Position numbers and translations under genes: made by a program | Part shown: positions 29,197 to 39,766 of the stretch, one piece after another | How positions within the stretch are numbered: the stretch's first letter is position 1 | Layout: each line of letters begins with the position of its first letter | Notes under the pieces: model-generated | Told to the model about the DNA's origin: nothing | Seen by the model: the letters and a program-made list of their open reading frames with translations, nothing else | The model's database searches: none | Source of the DNA: Fibrobacterales bacterium | Lineage (GTDB): Bacteria; Fibrobacterota; Fibrobacteria; Fibrobacterales; JAOPTW01 | DNA length: 64,000 nt | Reading direction: 5' to 3' | Assembly: GCA_051532035.1 (NCBI GenBank) | Contig: JAOPTW010000006.1 | Location: forward strand, 96,001 to 160,000

Positions 29197-32100
29197 TTAT
29201 TCTACAACCGCTACGTCCTTCGCTCTTACCTCACTACATCCCGGCCCCTCAAGCCTACTTTTACCCCCACTACCCGAGACCACTTTAATTTGAGTTTCGA
29301 TACGCGCTTTTAGAGCAGAGACATGGGATATCACACCAATAAGCTTTCCTTCTCCTTGTAAATTGGAAAGCGCATCGAGCGCCACATCAAGAGACTCCTC
29401 ATCAAGGGTACCAAAACCCTCATCCAAAAAGAGCGAGTCTATACGAATTCGGTTACTCGCCATCTTTGAAAGCCCCAACGCCAAAGCGAGACTCACAATA
29501 AATGACTCTCCACCCGACAGATTTTTAGTTGACCGTTCAACACTCCCTTGATGGGCATCAATCACATTGAGTTCCAAAGGCTTTTCATTATCACGCACCA
29601 GCAGGTAGCGCTCAGTCATATGTTTCAGTTGATTATTGGCATGGGAGATCATAACATCAAAGGTGAGCCCCTGCGCAAAATCCCTATACTTCTTCCCATC
29701 ATTGGAGCCAATATAGAAATGCAGTTTTTTCCACCGATCACACTCCCTTTTTTGCAGGTCAATGCGTTCTGCACCGCTCTCTAATGAAGCCTTTTTCTCT
29801 TCATTCAGAGCAATGGTATTACTATCTTCTCCAACCTGATTTTGAAGTCGAGTAAGGTCACTGCTCACATTCTCTTTTGCCGCAGGAAGCTCTTTAGTGT
29901 CAACCCCTTTGGGCAATCGGCTTTTTTGATTCTCAATGAGCGCATCATACTGCTCTTTTTCAGAAACAAGCTTTACTCGCTCTAACTGTAGCGCTTCATC
30001 TCGGCTCTTTAATCGCTTCAGTTCATCAGGAACAATTCTCATCAAGCAAAACTGAGCCTCATCATCAAAACCTAACCCCTCGCACAGCTGATGGAACCTC
30101 TCAGAAAGCTGACCGACTATAGGGAGCAACTCACCAACAAGACCAATTGCACTTTCGAATTTAGTTGTCATCTCTATGAGAGACTGCTTGGCAACATCAT
30201 CACTTTTTCGCACCCCCAGCAGCTCGTGCTCTATGACATCTAACTCTTTAGTCATACGCAACTCCTCTGTAGCACACTCTTTCTCGCCATACAGAGTCAC
30301 ACGCTTTTCTTTTACCATTTCCAAATCAGCTTGAGCTTGCTCTACCAGACCATCACGCTCTTTAAGGGCTCGATTCAATCCTTCAATGAGCGATTCACCA
30401 CCCTTTACTTCTGCGCTCAAACGAGTAATCTCATTGTGAGACTGATGTTCCTTTACTTGAGCCTTCTCCCAAAAATCTTTTCTTTTTTTGAGCGCCTCTA
30501 CGACATCTGATAAAGAACCCTCAGCCTCAACACCATATCGACCGACAGATGTTTTAACTGATGTCATCAGCTGCACCAACTCACCAACAATCTGCTCTTG
30601 ACTTTGTTGCAGCTCTATCAGAGTTTCTCTTTGAGTCGTTAAAAGCAACCGAAACCGTTCAAGAGATGACTCTGCTTTTTGAAAGGTCAGTTGAGAGCTA
30701 TTCTCACGCTCAATCAACTGTGCTGATTTCAATTGCAATTGATTCAGTACACTGATTTTCTCCCTCAGGACTGCAATCATTGCATCCGTCGCGCTCACTT
30801 CGGGGGTTACACCTTTTGCAAAAGGATGTTCTTCTGCGCCACAGAGGGGGCAAGGAGAACCATCGTGAAGCAATTTTCGCTCAGCCTCATAATCAGCAAC
30901 CTTTACCTGAAAATTTCTCAGATCCAAAAGATGATTGAGCTCTTGAGTATAATCATCATTTGATTTACCGGACAATTGTATCACCTGCTGCTCTTCAACA
31001 TAGCGCTTTTGATCTTTGAGTCCTCGCAGTATTTCCCGTTCATACTCAACTTCTTTTTGAGCCGCCTCCAGCGACTTCTCACTCTCTTTTATCGCCCCAG
31101 TCTGAGCTGCAACCCTTTGAAGGCGAACATCCTGCCTCTGCTCCAGAAGCTCTTTTTGCTTTTGCAAAGACTCAACTACAGCCAAATCACTTCCAATTTC
31201 TACATCCACTGCATGAGCATTCAGGTACTCTTGCACTCGTCCTAACGCCTCCTTATGACGTTTAAGCTCACGTTGTAACTCTTTCTGTTTCGTGTTCTGA
31301 CTATGTAACTGAGATTGTATTTGAGTAAAATCTGCTATGCGACTTTTGTGCAACAATTTCTTTTCATGCACAACCCCATCAAGGACCGTCACCTCTTTTA
31401 TAGTCGCCCGCTCTACAGTATGAAGCTTATGGAGTAAACGCTTATCACCTTCACCTTTCTCGACTCGCGCACGACTCTCTGCAGCAGCGTCCCGCAAAGC
31501 AGGAAGGGACTGTTCGAAAAATACTTGCTGTTCTTGAGCCCGCACTCGTTGAGCCCTCTTTGAAAGGAGAGTCGCATATTCCCCTTCAACTTCTTGAGCT
31601 CGAACCGCTTGATCTATACGAACCTTTTCTTCTGCAAAAACTTCGATTTTTTTACCATTCTCGCCCTGGGCAACGCTAGTATCCACAAGTTTTTGTTGTA
31701 ACCGCTCAATCTCGACAACACGCTGCAACTGCTCTATGAGCCCACGCTCCTCTTCTTTTAATCCTTCACACTTTTGCTGAGCATCAACGACACACTGCCG
31801 AAGCACCTTCTCATCTTCCAGACTTAATATATCAAGATGCGCAATCTCTCTTTCGAACTCATTTAAAACCTGCTTCTCTTCACTCGTACGCCTATGAACC
31901 TCTATAGAAATATTTTTATAGATATCCGTACCCGTAATTTGTTCTAAAATTTCAGATCGATCACTTGATGTTGACTTCAAAAAGGCAGCAAAGTCGCCCT
32001 GGGCAAGAAGCATCGACCGGGTAAACCGCTCAAAGTCTAACCCCGTACACTCTTTAATAAACTCAGAAACCTGTTTTTTCTTATCCTCAAGAAGGACTCC

Positions 32101-32466
32101 CGTTGCCGCATCAGTAACTTCATGAGTATAATCTTGTAGCTTCCCATCAACCTTTCCCCGTGATCGGCGCTGTTGCCATGTAACCATATACAGCCCACTC
32201 TGGGTTTCAAAGGTTACTTCCGCATGACATTCAGCAGTGTGCCGAGAAAGAATTTCATTACCCCCGCTCTTGTTAATCGCCTCTAATCGAGGAGTCCTTC
32301 CATACAGAGCTAGAGAAATAGCATCAAGGATAGTCGACTTACCCGCACCTGTTGGGCCGGTAATAGCAAATATTCCATTAGCAAGATATTCAGGATTTCT
32401 AAAATCAATTGACCACTCACCATAGAGGGAATTTAAATTTTTAAACCGTAATGCATGTATCTTCAT
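29197..32466 (-). CDS. sbcC: SbcC (Rad50-like) ATPase subunit of the SbcCD nuclease
   Basis: Walker A GPTGAGKS, Q-loop LLAQGDF, zinc hook CPLCG, LSGGE signature, LFLDEGFG. Confidence 0.95.
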   Translation of the reverse strand: MKIHALRFKNLNSLYGEWSIDFRNPEYLANGIFAITGPTGAGKSTILDAISLALYGRTPRLEAINKSGGNEILSRHTAECHAEVTFETQSGLYMVTWQQRRSRGKVDGKLQDYTHEVTDAATGVLLEDKKKQVSEFIKECTGLDFERFTRSMLLAQGDFAAFLKSTSSDRSEILEQITGTDIYKNISIEVHRRTSEEKQVLNEFEREIAHLDILSLEDEKVLRQCVVDAQQKCEGLKEEERGLIEQLQRVVEIERLQQKLVDTSVAQGENGKKIEVFAEEKVRIDQAVRAQEVEGEYATLLSKRAQRVRAQEQQVFFEQSLPALRDAAAESRARVEKGEGDKRLLHKLHTVERATIKEVTVLDGVVHEKKLLHKSRIADFTQIQSQLHSQNTKQKELQRELKRHKEALGRVQEYLNAHAVDVEIGSDLAVVESLQKQKELLEQRQDVRLQRVAAQTGAIKESEKSLEAAQKEVEYEREILRGLKDQKRYVEEQQVIQLSGKSNDDYTQELNHLLDLRNFQVKVADYEAERKLLHDGSPCPLCGAEEHPFAKGVTPEVSATDAMIAVLREKISVLNQLQLKSAQLIERENSSQLTFQKAESSLERFRLLLTTQRETLIELQQSQEQIVGELVQLMTSVKTSVGRYGVEAEGSLSDVVEALKKRKDFWEKAQVKEHQSHNEITRLSAEVKGGESLIEGLNRALKERDGLVEQAQADLEMVKEKRVTLYGEKECATEELRMTKELDVIEHELLGVRKSDDVAKQSLIEMTTKFESAIGLVGELLPIVGQLSERFHQLCEGLGFDDEAQFCLMRIVPDELKRLKSRDEALQLERVKLVSEKEQYDALIENQKSRLPKGVDTKELPAAKENVSSDLTRLQNQVGEDSNTIALNEEKKASLESGAERIDLQKRECDRWKKLHFYIGSNDGKKYRDFAQGLTFDVMISHANNQLKHMTERYLLVRDNEKPLELNVIDAHQGSVERSTKNLSGGESFIVSLALALGLSKMASNRIRIDSLFLDEGFGTLDEESLDVALDALSNLQGEGKLIGVISHVSALKARIETQIKVVSGSGGKSRLEGPGCSEVRAKDVAVVE

Positions 32467-32469
32467 AAA

Positions 32470-33696
32470 TTATTCCCCACGACTATCCCGCTCTAACATC
32501 TCGGTGACCACCTCGGTGTAAGTAGCCAACAACAGATCATGTTCACTTTCGTCTACCCCTTTAACCGCAAGCAGCTTTTCAAACACATCGCGATCACTCA
32601 ATTCATTAAGCACCTCAGATGCTTCCGTTCGACTGAGTACCGCGTCAATAACCTGTCGGTTCTTCACTAATAAAATTACAACGAGACTCTCTTCAACCAA
32701 AAGATGCACCCGCTCATTAAGGTCTGTAATTGTTTCAACACCGGTATATTCAATATCTACCCACGCATCTACTTCATCCGACACCAACTGCCTCAATGAT
32801 ACTTCAATCTGCTCCATAGTACCCGAGAGTCGTTCAAGCCTCTGAAAGAGTGGCACTCCAATGGCTTCAACCCGAGGCACTCTCTCATCAAATACTACAA
32901 GTGACACCTCTTTCTTTTGATACGCCTCTCCAAATCCCATCGGGAGCGGTGACCCCGAATACCTCATATGATTATTCCCCCCAACTTTTTGAGGGATATG
33001 CAAATGACCCAGAGCTAGATAATCGATCTCTTTAGGAAAAAGCTCACCACTTATATGGCCCAGATTCCCTACATAGAGATCACGAACCCCATCGCCCTCA
33101 TGAAGCTCACCACCTGCAGCAAATAGATGACCAAGGGCTATAATAGGCACATGAGTATCACTACCGCGCACCTCCACAGCGCGCTCAACAACCGAATTGT
33201 AGTGATCCTTCACTCCCATCACGAGCTTCTGTTGCTTGTCATCAATGGTCTCACCCGCTTCTACTTTTCGGACATCTCGATCACGCAAATAAGGGACCGC
33301 GCACACCACCGCTTTGAGCCCACCATCATCTGAATGCATTAAAATAATTTCATCATCAACGCTTTCACTCATAGAGCCAACAACATGGACATCTAATAAC
33401 GAGAGCAGTTCTTTAGGCGCCTGAAGTAGCGAGGCCGAGTCATGGTTTCCTGCAATAATAACAATGCTCTTACAGCATGTTTGTGCCGCCCGCATTAAAA
33501 AAGTGTAGTACAATTTTTGAGCACGATTACTCGGTGCAGTAGTATCAAATATATCCCCTGCAACAAGGAGCATTTCACATTGTTCTCGCTCAATGATTTC
33601 GAGTAACCACTCAAAAAAATGTTCGTACTCACTATAACGTTTCTGTCTATGGAGGGAATGACCGATATGCCAGTCTGATGTATGGAGAACTCTCAT
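32470..33696 (-). CDS. sbcD: SbcD (Mre11-like) nuclease subunit
   Basis: HTSDWHIG, AGDIFD, GNHDS, ALGHLH, YSGSP; adjacent to sbcC. Confidence 0.95.
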   Translation of the reverse strand: MRVLHTSDWHIGHSLHRQKRYSEYEHFFEWLLEIIEREQCEMLLVAGDIFDTTAPSNRAQKLYYTFLMRAAQTCCKSIVIIAGNHDSASLLQAPKELLSLLDVHVVGSMSESVDDEIILMHSDDGGLKAVVCAVPYLRDRDVRKVEAGETIDDKQQKLVMGVKDHYNSVVERAVEVRGSDTHVPIIALGHLFAAGGELHEGDGVRDLYVGNLGHISGELFPKEIDYLALGHLHIPQKVGGNNHMRYSGSPLPMGFGEAYQKKEVSLVVFDERVPRVEAIGVPLFQRLERLSGTMEQIEVSLRQLVSDEVDAWVDIEYTGVETITDLNERVHLLVEESLVVILLVKNRQVIDAVLSRTEASEVLNELSDRDVFEKLLAVKGVDESEHDLLLATYTEVVTEMLERDSRGE

Positions 33697-34254
33697 GGGC
33701 CCCTTTAACTCGTACTATTTATACTGATCAAATATAGAAAAGAACCGAGACAGTTTTTGTCGCACTAAGGATTCAATACAACTAACCAACAATTTGGCCA
33801 AATCAATTACTACAAAGACCTCAGCCTTGCTCACAAAGTGTGAACGTTTAATAAATCATAGGGGCAAAATCAGTTTTAAATAAGCTTTTTGCAATCTACT
33901 TTTTAAAAAGACCCTACAACCAATTAAAACTATGACAGAATCAATTAAAGAAAAGCCATTTGTTGTAACAATAAAACTACAGGCGAAAAAGATAAAATCT
34001 TGGGTTATCGAGCAGCTTTTTTACTCTATATAATCTACTACCCCAAAAACCACATGATTTTGAACAGATTGAGTACGCTTTTGGAACGTTCAATTGTAAT
34101 TTTTAGAGTAACGATATTGAATTTTAGCGACGAAAATTTATCATTGACATATCCGATTTGGGGAGGGAATTATTACACACCTATGAATCGGAAGATTTTG
34201 GTAGCGCATAAGCCGTTGAACTCTTAACGCACTATTGGAAATCTTAATCCCTTG

Positions 34255-34281
34255 AAAAGCGGAATAACATTCCGCTTTTTT
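34255..34281. terminator. Perfect hairpin/terminator in the long intergenic region
   Basis: AAAAGCGGAAT-AAC-ATTCCGCTTTT followed by further T. Confidence 0.7.
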
Positions 34282-34289
34282 ATTTCCAC

Positions 34290-34322
34290 AAAAAAAGCCT
34301 ATCCAACAATAGGACAGGCTTC
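34290..34322 (-). terminator. Intrinsic terminator of sulP
   Basis: Minus strand AGCCTGTCC-TATTGTT-GGATAGGCT followed by a T run. Confidence 0.75.
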
Positions 34323-34349
34323 TCAAAATACTCTACTATACGCTTTTAA

Positions 34350-35885
34350 TTACTGACCCAAATCATCACTCAACACTTTATAGGTCGGGTCTTCTTTTAC
34401 ATTCACTTCAATAAGCGCTTCTGCATTTTTCAAAAGCTTGCGACAATCCGTGCTTAAATGTTTAATGTGTACCGTTTTACCCACTTTTAGATAGCGCTCA
34501 GTGAGCTTATTGAGTGCCTCAATGGCAGACATATCGACAATACGACTCTCTTCAAAGTCAATCTCAACATCATTTGGGTCATTGTGAATATCAAACTTCT
34601 CATTAAAAGCAGTGATTGAGCCAAAGAAAAGCGGACCATAAATTTCATAATGCTTGACCCCTTTTTCATCAACATATTTTCGGGCACGAATACGTACCGC
34701 ACTATCCCATGCAAAAACCAGAGCCGAAATAACCACCCCTACAATCACTGCAAGCGCCAAATTATGCAGGAACACTGTTACGAGAGTCACCATGATCATT
34801 ACAAAAATATCAGAATTCGGCATCCGCTTAAAGGTTTTAAGACTCGCCCACTCAAAGGTTCCTACTGAGACCATAATCATAAGACCCGTCAATGCCGCCA
34901 TAGGGAGCTGCTCAATAAGTGATGCACCGAACATAATAAACATAAGGAGCAGCACCGCAGCAACTACGCCAGAAACTCTCGAGCGAGCACCATTAGAGAC
35001 GTTGATCAAACTCTGACCAATCATTGCACAGCCACCCATTCCAGAAAATACTCCTGAAAGAATATTTGCTGCACCTTGCGCTACAGCCTCTTTATTGCCA
35101 CGGCCACGAGTTTCAGTAATTTCATCCACAATATTAAGCGTCAAAAGACTCTCAATAAGACCAACACCAGCCACTATTGAAGCATACGGAAAAATAATAG
35201 TCAAAGTCTCCCAAGTAAAAGGAATTGCCGGAATATGAAACGGAGGGAACCCACCTTTAATAGAGGCAAGGTCACCCACTGTTTTTGTGTCTATATCGAA
35301 TGCAACTACCACTCCAAAGACAAAAAGTATTGCAGTAAGGGCAGATGGAATTGATTTATTCAATTTAGGAAGCCCCCAAATAATCAACATTGCCACACCA
35401 ACGAGACCAAGCATGACCGCAAGAGGCGCACCCGTTAACCACGAACCCGCCCCATCTTTAAACTGATCAAGTTGTGACATAAATATTATGATAGCCAGAC
35501 CATTCACAAAACCGAAAATAACGGAATGAGGAACCAACCGCATGAGCTTACCCAGCCGCAAACCACCAGCAAGCACTTGAAATATCCCCGCAAGCACCAC
35601 TGCTGCAAAGACATACTCAACGCCGTGATCTTTTACCAAAGAGACAATAACAACAGCAATTGCTCCCGTAGCTCCCGAGATCATCCCTGGACGCCCACCA
35701 AAAATAGAAGTTACCAAACCAAGAACAAAGGCAGCATAAAGCCCAGTAAGTGGAGACAAGCCTGCAATGAGTGCAAATGCTACCGCTTCTGGCACCAATG
35801 CAAGCGACACAGTTAAGCCCGACAATACTTCGGTCTTGTAGTTAATTTCTCTCGAAAACTTAAAAAGGTTTAGGTACTTTTCCAT
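34350..35885 (-). CDS. SulP family inorganic anion transporter with STAS domain
   Basis: SGLTV.LALVPEA.AF, GRPGMISGATGA, MGGCAMIGQS, GPLFFGS; ATG 35885 after GGGGG RBS. Confidence 0.93.
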   Translation of the reverse strand: MEKYLNLFKFSREINYKTEVLSGLTVSLALVPEAVAFALIAGLSPLTGLYAAFVLGLVTSIFGGRPGMISGATGAIAVVIVSLVKDHGVEYVFAAVVLAGIFQVLAGGLRLGKLMRLVPHSVIFGFVNGLAIIIFMSQLDQFKDGAGSWLTGAPLAVMLGLVGVAMLIIWGLPKLNKSIPSALTAILFVFGVVVAFDIDTKTVGDLASIKGGFPPFHIPAIPFTWETLTIIFPYASIVAGVGLIESLLTLNIVDEITETRGRGNKEAVAQGAANILSGVFSGMGGCAMIGQSLINVSNGARSRVSGVVAAVLLLMFIMFGASLIEQLPMAALTGLMIMVSVGTFEWASLKTFKRMPNSDIFVMIMVTLVTVFLHNLALAVIVGVVISALVFAWDSAVRIRARKYVDEKGVKHYEIYGPLFFGSITAFNEKFDIHNDPNDVEIDFEESRIVDMSAIEALNKLTERYLKVGKTVHIKHLSTDCRKLLKNAEALIEVNVKEDPTYKVLSDDLGQ

Positions 35886-35964
35886 TATTCCCCCTGACTC
35901 AATGACCACCCAGGTAGTAGCTAGGCCGTATGATATGTCAATGTTTAGTGATTTCTCATTAGAG

Positions 35965-35976
35965 CGCAAAGATAGC
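35965..35976 (-). promoter_or_regulatory. TAnnTTTG-type promoter element upstream of sulP
   Basis: Minus strand GCTATCTTTGCG, identical to 36680-36691. Confidence 0.5.
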
Positions 35977-36143
35977 TTATTACATAACTATCTCAATGGA
36001 AGCCCCCCATTAATAAAAACTCTTTACACTCTCTCAATTCCGTCCAAAATCAGGACGCCATCCCGCCCCTAAGCCCATCAGCTATTGTAAATTCACGCTC
36101 CCATTTATATCTTATTTTTAGATTTTTAAAGGCATTAAACAGC

Positions 36144-36566
36144 ATGCACACTATTATCACCGCAGAACATCTTCATCTCTCAGGTATCAAAGCGCTTCTC
36201 GACCATGCCGGCCTTCCCACTCATGATATCGCCGACCCATCAATAACCTTCAAAATCGAAAAGAACCTAAGTGGAGTTATTGGATATCAAACGTTCACTC
36301 ACTGTGCCCTTTTACGCTCACTCGCCGTAAGTACAAAAGCCCAAAATAGAGGGATTGCTAAAAAACTTATCTCAGAAACTATCGATTGTCTTAAAAATGA
36401 TGGAATTACAGCAATTTACCTCTTAACGACAACTGCTCAACCCTACTTCTCTCGTTATGGATTTCGCATAACCTCTCGCGAAAAGGCCCCTCCCGAAATT
36501 GCTGCTACTGCCCAATTTCATTCTATCTGCCCAGATTCCGCCTATTTCATGTCCAAGCCACTTTAA
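36144..36566 (+). CDS. GNAT N-acetyltransferase, ArsN2-like
   Basis: ALLRSLAV, Q.RGIA, YLLTTTA..YF...GF, QF.SICP.SA. Confidence 0.8.
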   Translation: MHTIITAEHLHLSGIKALLDHAGLPTHDIADPSITFKIEKNLSGVIGYQTFTHCALLRSLAVSTKAQNRGIAKKLISETIDCLKNDGITAIYLLTTTAQPYFSRYGFRITSREKAPPEIAATAQFHSICPDSAYFMSKPL

Positions 36567-36679
36567 CACCCGCCCCATCAGCCCCTCTTCATTAAATGTC
36601 GACAAAAGTAGCCTCTTCTATATTATCATAGTATAATAGCTAAAGAATACCCACCGCCTCACAATCCCTTTAAATATAT

Positions 36680-36691
36680 GCTATCTTTGCG
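36680..36691 (+). promoter_or_regulatory. TAnnTTTG-type promoter element upstream of the DEAD-box helicase
   Basis: GCTATCTTTGCG 24 nt before the ATG. Confidence 0.5.
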
Positions 36692-36715
36692 TCACCTTAT
36701 AAAAAACGAGAAATA

Positions 36716-38497
36716 ATGAAGACATTTGCAGAAAGCGAACTGCGCAGCGAGATCCTCGAAGGAATAGCGGAACTCGGATTTGAAAAGCCAACACCGATTC
36801 AAGCAGAATCGATCCCTCACGTCCTCCATTCAGATCAGGACCTCATAGCCTTTGCACAGACCGGAACTGGTAAAACTGCTGCATTTGGCCTCCCATCAGT
36901 ACAACTTACTGATGTTAAAGATAAACAGACACAGACTATCATCCTCTGCCCTACTCGGGAGCTCTGTAATCAGATCACCAAAGATTTAAAAAACTTCTGT
37001 AAATATATTCGTGGCCTCAATGTGGTTGCAGTATATGGCGGAGCGAGTATTGAAACTCAAATTAAAGAGATTAAAAGAGGTGCACAAATTGTAGTGGGCA
37101 CCCCAGGGAGAACGAATGACCTATTGCGTCGTAAGGTTCTCAAACTCGGTAGTATCAAACGACTCATCTTAGATGAAGCCGACGAAATGCTCAACATGGG
37201 CTTTAAAGAAGAACTCGATTCTATCCTTGAGACCATTCCGGATACTCGTCAAACACTCCTCTTCTCTGCAACCATGCCGAAGGGAATTGTTTCGATTACC
37301 AAAAAATACATGGATGATCCATTAGAGATCTCTGTTGCGGCAAAAAATACTGGTGCGACAAATGTAACGCATCACTACTACATGGTACAGGCGAAAGATC
37401 GCTATGAAGTACTCAAACGTATTGCAGATAAAAACCCAAATATTTATGGAATAGTTTTTTGCAGAACTCGTCGTGAAACTCAAGAAGTAGCAAGTAAGCT
37501 TATTGGTGACGGCTACAATGCTGATGCACTCCATGGTGACCTCTCTCAGGGCATGCGTGATGAGGCAATGGATAAATTCAGGAAAGGTCATCTCCAACTT
37601 CTTGTAGCTACCGACGTTGCAGCACGAGGCTTAGATGTAAATAGTTTGACTCACGTTATTAACTACAATTTACCTGATGATGCAGAAATCTATACACACC
37701 GTAGTGGTAGAACTGGACGCGCCGGCAACCATGGTACTTCAATTGTTATTATTCATAGCCGTGAAAAAAGACGTATCCAAGAAATTGAGAAAATGTCAAA
37801 AATCACATTCTCAAAAGAAATGGTTCCTACAGGACAGGAAGTATGCCAGGCACAACTCTATTCACTTATTGATACTGTTAAAAAAGTTGAAGTAAGTACC
37901 AAACAGATAGAACCATTTCTTGATACCATTTACAATAAGCTTGAAACGCTGAGTCGTGAAGAACTTATTCAACACTTTGTTTCAGCTGAATTCAACCGCT
38001 TTTTAAAATACTATAAAAACGCGCGCGATATCAATGTTGAAGAAAGTGGTCGCAGAGAAAAAAATCCGCGTGATAAAAAGTCAAAAGAAGAGAAACGGAG
38101 CAACACTGACTTTGCCGCCATTAAAATCAACGTTGGCAGAGAAGAAAAGATCAACCCCGCACAATTAATGGGCCTCGTCAACGAAGCGCTTAATAGTGGA
38201 CAAGTTGAAGTTGGACGTATTGCAATTCAAGACAACTCGACACTCTTTGAAGTAGATAAAAAACACCACGGTGAACTAATGAATGTTCTTGGTGAATTCT
38301 ATTTCAACGATGAGCCTCTTAAAGTAGAAGAGATCAGCGAAATGCCCGAAGGGCGCCCTCGCGGTCGTTCTGGTGGTGGCTTTAAAGGTGGCGGATCTCG
38401 CGGTGGAGGAGATCGCAGTGGTAGACGTGAAGGTGGCCGCAGTGGCGGTGACCGAAGCAGATCTAACGGCCCTCGTGGCGACAAAAGAAGAAACTAA
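36716..38497 (+). CDS. deaD: DEAD-box RNA helicase (DeaD/CsdA-like, DbpA RNA-binding domain, RG-rich tail)
   Basis: Q motif PTPIQ, AQTGTGKT, PTREL, TPGR, DEAD, SAT, ARGLD, HRSGRTGR. Confidence 0.9.
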   Translation: MKTFAESELRSEILEGIAELGFEKPTPIQAESIPHVLHSDQDLIAFAQTGTGKTAAFGLPSVQLTDVKDKQTQTIILCPTRELCNQITKDLKNFCKYIRGLNVVAVYGGASIETQIKEIKRGAQIVVGTPGRTNDLLRRKVLKLGSIKRLILDEADEMLNMGFKEELDSILETIPDTRQTLLFSATMPKGIVSITKKYMDDPLEISVAAKNTGATNVTHHYYMVQAKDRYEVLKRIADKNPNIYGIVFCRTRRETQEVASKLIGDGYNADALHGDLSQGMRDEAMDKFRKGHLQLLVATDVAARGLDVNSLTHVINYNLPDDAEIYTHRSGRTGRAGNHGTSIVIIHSREKRRIQEIEKMSKITFSKEMVPTGQEVCQAQLYSLIDTVKKVEVSTKQIEPFLDTIYNKLETLSREELIQHFVSAEFNRFLKYYKNARDINVEESGRREKNPRDKKSKEEKRSNTDFAAIKINVGREEKINPAQLMGLVNEALNSGQVEVGRIAIQDNSTLFEVDKKHHGELMNVLGEFYFNDEPLKVEEISEMPEGRPRGRSGGGFKGGGSRGGGDRSGRREGGRSGGDRSRSNGPRGDKRRN

Positions 38498-38520
38498 GAC
38501 CTCTTCTTTATTAAAATATT

Positions 38521-38553
38521 AAAAACGCCTCGGATAACTCCGAGGCGTTTTTT
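38521..38553. terminator. Bidirectional intrinsic terminator
   Basis: AAAAACGCCTCGGA-TAAC-TCCGAGGCGTTTTT. Confidence 0.88.
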
Positions 38554-38572
38554 GTTTCTGTCATTCAATATA

Positions 38573-39544
38573 TTACCGCCCTATACGAATGCCCAATTCA
38601 AAACCCGGCCAATGGTGTACATCATCATGATCTTGCGTATATTCATCTGTCCAAGACGCCATAAGTGCCCCATTTCCATGAGTCCACAGACCATTATACG
38701 TTACCCCTCCAAACAGTCCAACCTTATTGACGAGCTGCATTCCGATACGCGCTTTAATTTGCCCAAGGGAGTTATGACGCCAATCATCTTTATCCCAATC
38801 ATCATCCTTCCGTGTTAATACGGTATGTTTATCCATAATTACACTCCCATGTACAGCAACTTCGGTATAGACACGACCCATATCTTTGTGATAGCCAACG
38901 CCCATCCCCAATGAATAGGGATTGGTTTCACTATCAAACGTATACCCAACACTGTAGGACGTAAAGAGCGTTTTACCTGAAGCAAACGTTAAGCGATTCA
39001 TACCGGATTCATCGGCACTATAATCAACATGAAAGAGCCCATTATCTGCAATAGTAAGTAATGCAAACGAATAGCCATCGATATGATCAGCAATATTGAG
39101 CATACCAACCTGCCAACCAACAATGGTATCGACAATATTCAGATTTCCTATTTGAATACCATCGACATATTGAGCACTATTAATAGTTCCAAAAAGCTGT
39201 CCACCCTCTACCCGCTTTGCATAATTTGCAAAGGCAAACAGTTGATACCCCTGTATCGTTCCACCAACGTGGTTATATCCACCCGTCAGCTGAAAATCTT
39301 CGAGATCACTTAATGCAATATTTGATACAAGAGACACCTGAGACCCGGTGACGTCCTCTTTAGAAACATTACTTAGAGCCGAAATTTGTGTCGGCTGGTC
39401 CTTACATTCACTATAGGTATAATACCACGTTTTATCGACACGGGTATCGCCACACAGTGATACTGATTCGGTATCAGTTGCAGTTCCAGCCACAGCGCCT
39501 ATAGCTGCAATAAGGAGTGAAATAGTTGTTGGTAGTATTTTCAT
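38573..39544 (-). CDS. Exported protein with LA_2272-like GxQ repeats and a beta-barrel C-terminus
   Basis: Signal peptide from ATG 39544; repeated G.Q.....N units; terminal GFELGIRIG strand. Confidence 0.7.
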   Translation of the reverse strand: MKILPTTISLLIAAIGAVAGTATDTESVSLCGDTRVDKTWYYTYSECKDQPTQISALSNVSKEDVTGSQVSLVSNIALSDLEDFQLTGGYNHVGGTIQGYQLFAFANYAKRVEGGQLFGTINSAQYVDGIQIGNLNIVDTIVGWQVGMLNIADHIDGYSFALLTIADNGLFHVDYSADESGMNRLTFASGKTLFTSYSVGYTFDSETNPYSLGMGVGYHKDMGRVYTEVAVHGSVIMDKHTVLTRKDDDWDKDDWRHNSLGQIKARIGMQLVNKVGLFGGVTYNGLWTHGNGALMASWTDEYTQDHDDVHHWPGFELGIRIGR

Positions 39545-39766
39545 GATTATGTCCTTTTCTCTTTTTCTACTCTTTAGACACTCCCCATTCACAATAGTGT
39601 CACTTTATTTAGATAATATAAAACAGCCACCCGTATTTAATTCTACAAACTTGAAAAAGCGCCTTCGAAGTTGTAATTATCAAGTGACAATTGTGAGTTC
39701 ATCGACGAGATCATCTATATTTTCATCAAATAACAAACATCAGTCCCTTAACGTAAAGAGGAAATT

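Noticed and set aside
29197..33696. sbcCD as a novel anti-phage SMC/nuclease system
   Set aside because: Ordinary SbcC/SbcD motifs and sizes, with no accessory defence genes adjacent
33720..34300. Possible replication origin in the long AT-rich intergenic region
   Set aside because: Only degenerate matches to TTATCCACA (e.g. ATTTCCACA near 34282); no box cluster and no dnaA/dnaN/gidA context
35886..35969. N-terminal extension of SulP from TTG 35969
   Set aside because: The TTG lies inside the promoter motif; ATG 35885 has a clear SD
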